DNA of 64,000 nucleotides from a virus: positions 1-64,000 of IMG/VR virus record IMGVR_UViG_3300024349_000326; one strand, 5' to 3'. The position numbers and the translations under genes are program-made. Positions 63,305 to 64,000 of this stretch are shown in pieces (positions within the stretch are counted from its first letter, which is position 1; every line of letters starts with the position of its first letter). The notes below the pieces were generated by a model that was given only the letters and a program-made list of their open reading frames with translations, had not been told where the DNA came from and made no database searches.

Positions 63305-63992
63305 TGGAGTTCGTCCGTAAGAAGAAGCGTGGTCAAAACCAGAAAGTCCGCCGGACCTGGTTCTCGGAAGAAGGCTACCGGATTGTCTGGCGCAAGGAGG
63401 TCTACGGCGTCCGGGTGCCGGCCCGTTTCCAGGCGTGCGTGCGAATCTTGATTCCTTACAGCGACGGAACGCTGCACCCAATGTGGGACTTCGTGAATCC
63501 CAAGCGCCGCTTAATCAAGACCCTCGCCGCCGCCCAGGACGAGTGCGAGAAACACAATCGCCTCTGGGCGGAGGCGCGCGAGGCCGCAGGAATCCGGGCC
63601 TTGAAAGAACTGTTCGGCGGCAGGTTGCCTTTGGGTTTGCCTCTGTGGGTAAGGAAGAAATTGGACCGCCAGTTGTATGCCATCTTGACCGACAACCGGC
63701 CGGCAAAAGATCGCGACTTGGAAGACGAGCCATGTACCGAGAGTTTGTCACCGGCTTCCGACGCACCCGGCCCCGGCGGTCCTACAAAAACTTCGGACTC
63801 TTCTGCCTCGCCCACGGAAGCAGCATCAGAAACCCTTACCCCTGCCTCGCCTGCCGAGGGAAGGGAACAGTCTACGACCCGGCGGACCCGCCGTGCCCAG
63901 TCGAAGGCAACAAGTACCGACGCATCATCTCCTGTGCCGGCTGCGGAAGGTCTGGCAAGGGGACGAAAGAAGCCTGCCGCCAAGCGTACCAA
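63304..63992 (+). CDS. hypothetical protein, 3' end beyond window
   Basis: tgATG overlap; open frame to window end; Ser/Thr/Pro-rich C-terminal tail (ASDAPGPGGPTKTSDSSASPTEAASETLTP). Confidence 0.5.
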
Positions 63993-64000
63993 GCGATCCT

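Noticed and set aside
1-63992. CRISPR arrays, integrase, repressor/Cro pair, rRNA genes
   Set aside because: No regularly spaced direct repeats with unique spacers, no tyrosine/serine recombinase motifs, no obvious CI/Cro-like HTH pair and no rRNA-like segments were seen on either strand.

Overview
The whole 64 kb window looks like one high-GC (about 63-65 %) tailed-phage genome or prophage segment; no host housekeeping genes are evident. Genes are tightly packed, and many junctions overlap as ATGA or TAATG.

Layout from left to right:
(1) 1-880: leftward genes ending at a divergent control region.
(2) 880-4430: rightward putative lysis/envelope cassette. It holds a permuted papain-fold peptidase, two lipoproteins (one a Tat-lipoprotein thioredoxin), a secreted Pro-rich protein and a type-II membrane protein.
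(3) 4430-29250: lambda/P22-like morphogenesis module. In order: small basic protein, GpA-family terminase large subunit, portal, scaffold, P22-coat-like major capsid protein with a strong terminator, head-tail genes, an inserted low-GC GIY-YIG homing endonuclease, major tail protein with terminator, a tail chaperone with a likely -1 frameshift extension, a 1272-aa tape measure protein, three tandem paralogous fibre/RBP-like genes, a highly repetitive 853-aa fibre-like protein and a 964-aa tail-tip protein.
(4) 29250-35400: a terminator followed by an SPFH/band-7 moron, then a convergent leftward block of Cys-/aromatic-rich ORFans, a DnaQ-like exonuclease, an NTP-PPase-like protein and a primase-helicase.
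(5) 35400-63992: a second divergent control region carrying the same 22-bp motif as region (1) plus a 23-bp perfect inverted repeat, then a long rightward early/replication module. It contains two ParB-like proteins, four HNH endonucleases (one decayed), three DNA methyltransferases (one overlapping a SNF2 helicase), a secreted S1 protease, two metallophosphoesterases, a 60-aa poly-acidic protein, a family-A DNA polymerase with a DnaJ-type zinc-finger insertion, a VRR-NUC nuclease, a sigma factor, an NT5C-like nucleotidase, an ATP-dependent ligase, a radical-SAM-motif protein, an MT-A70 methylase, DeoC, a DNPH1/deoxyribosyltransferase-like protein, a SEC-C protein, a PD-(D/E)xK nuclease and many small Cys-rich or membrane ORFs.

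No integrase, repressor, CRISPR array or canonical tRNA was found. The most likely novel element is the deoxynucleotide-remodelling / DNA-modification gene set at about 52.8-58.3 kb.
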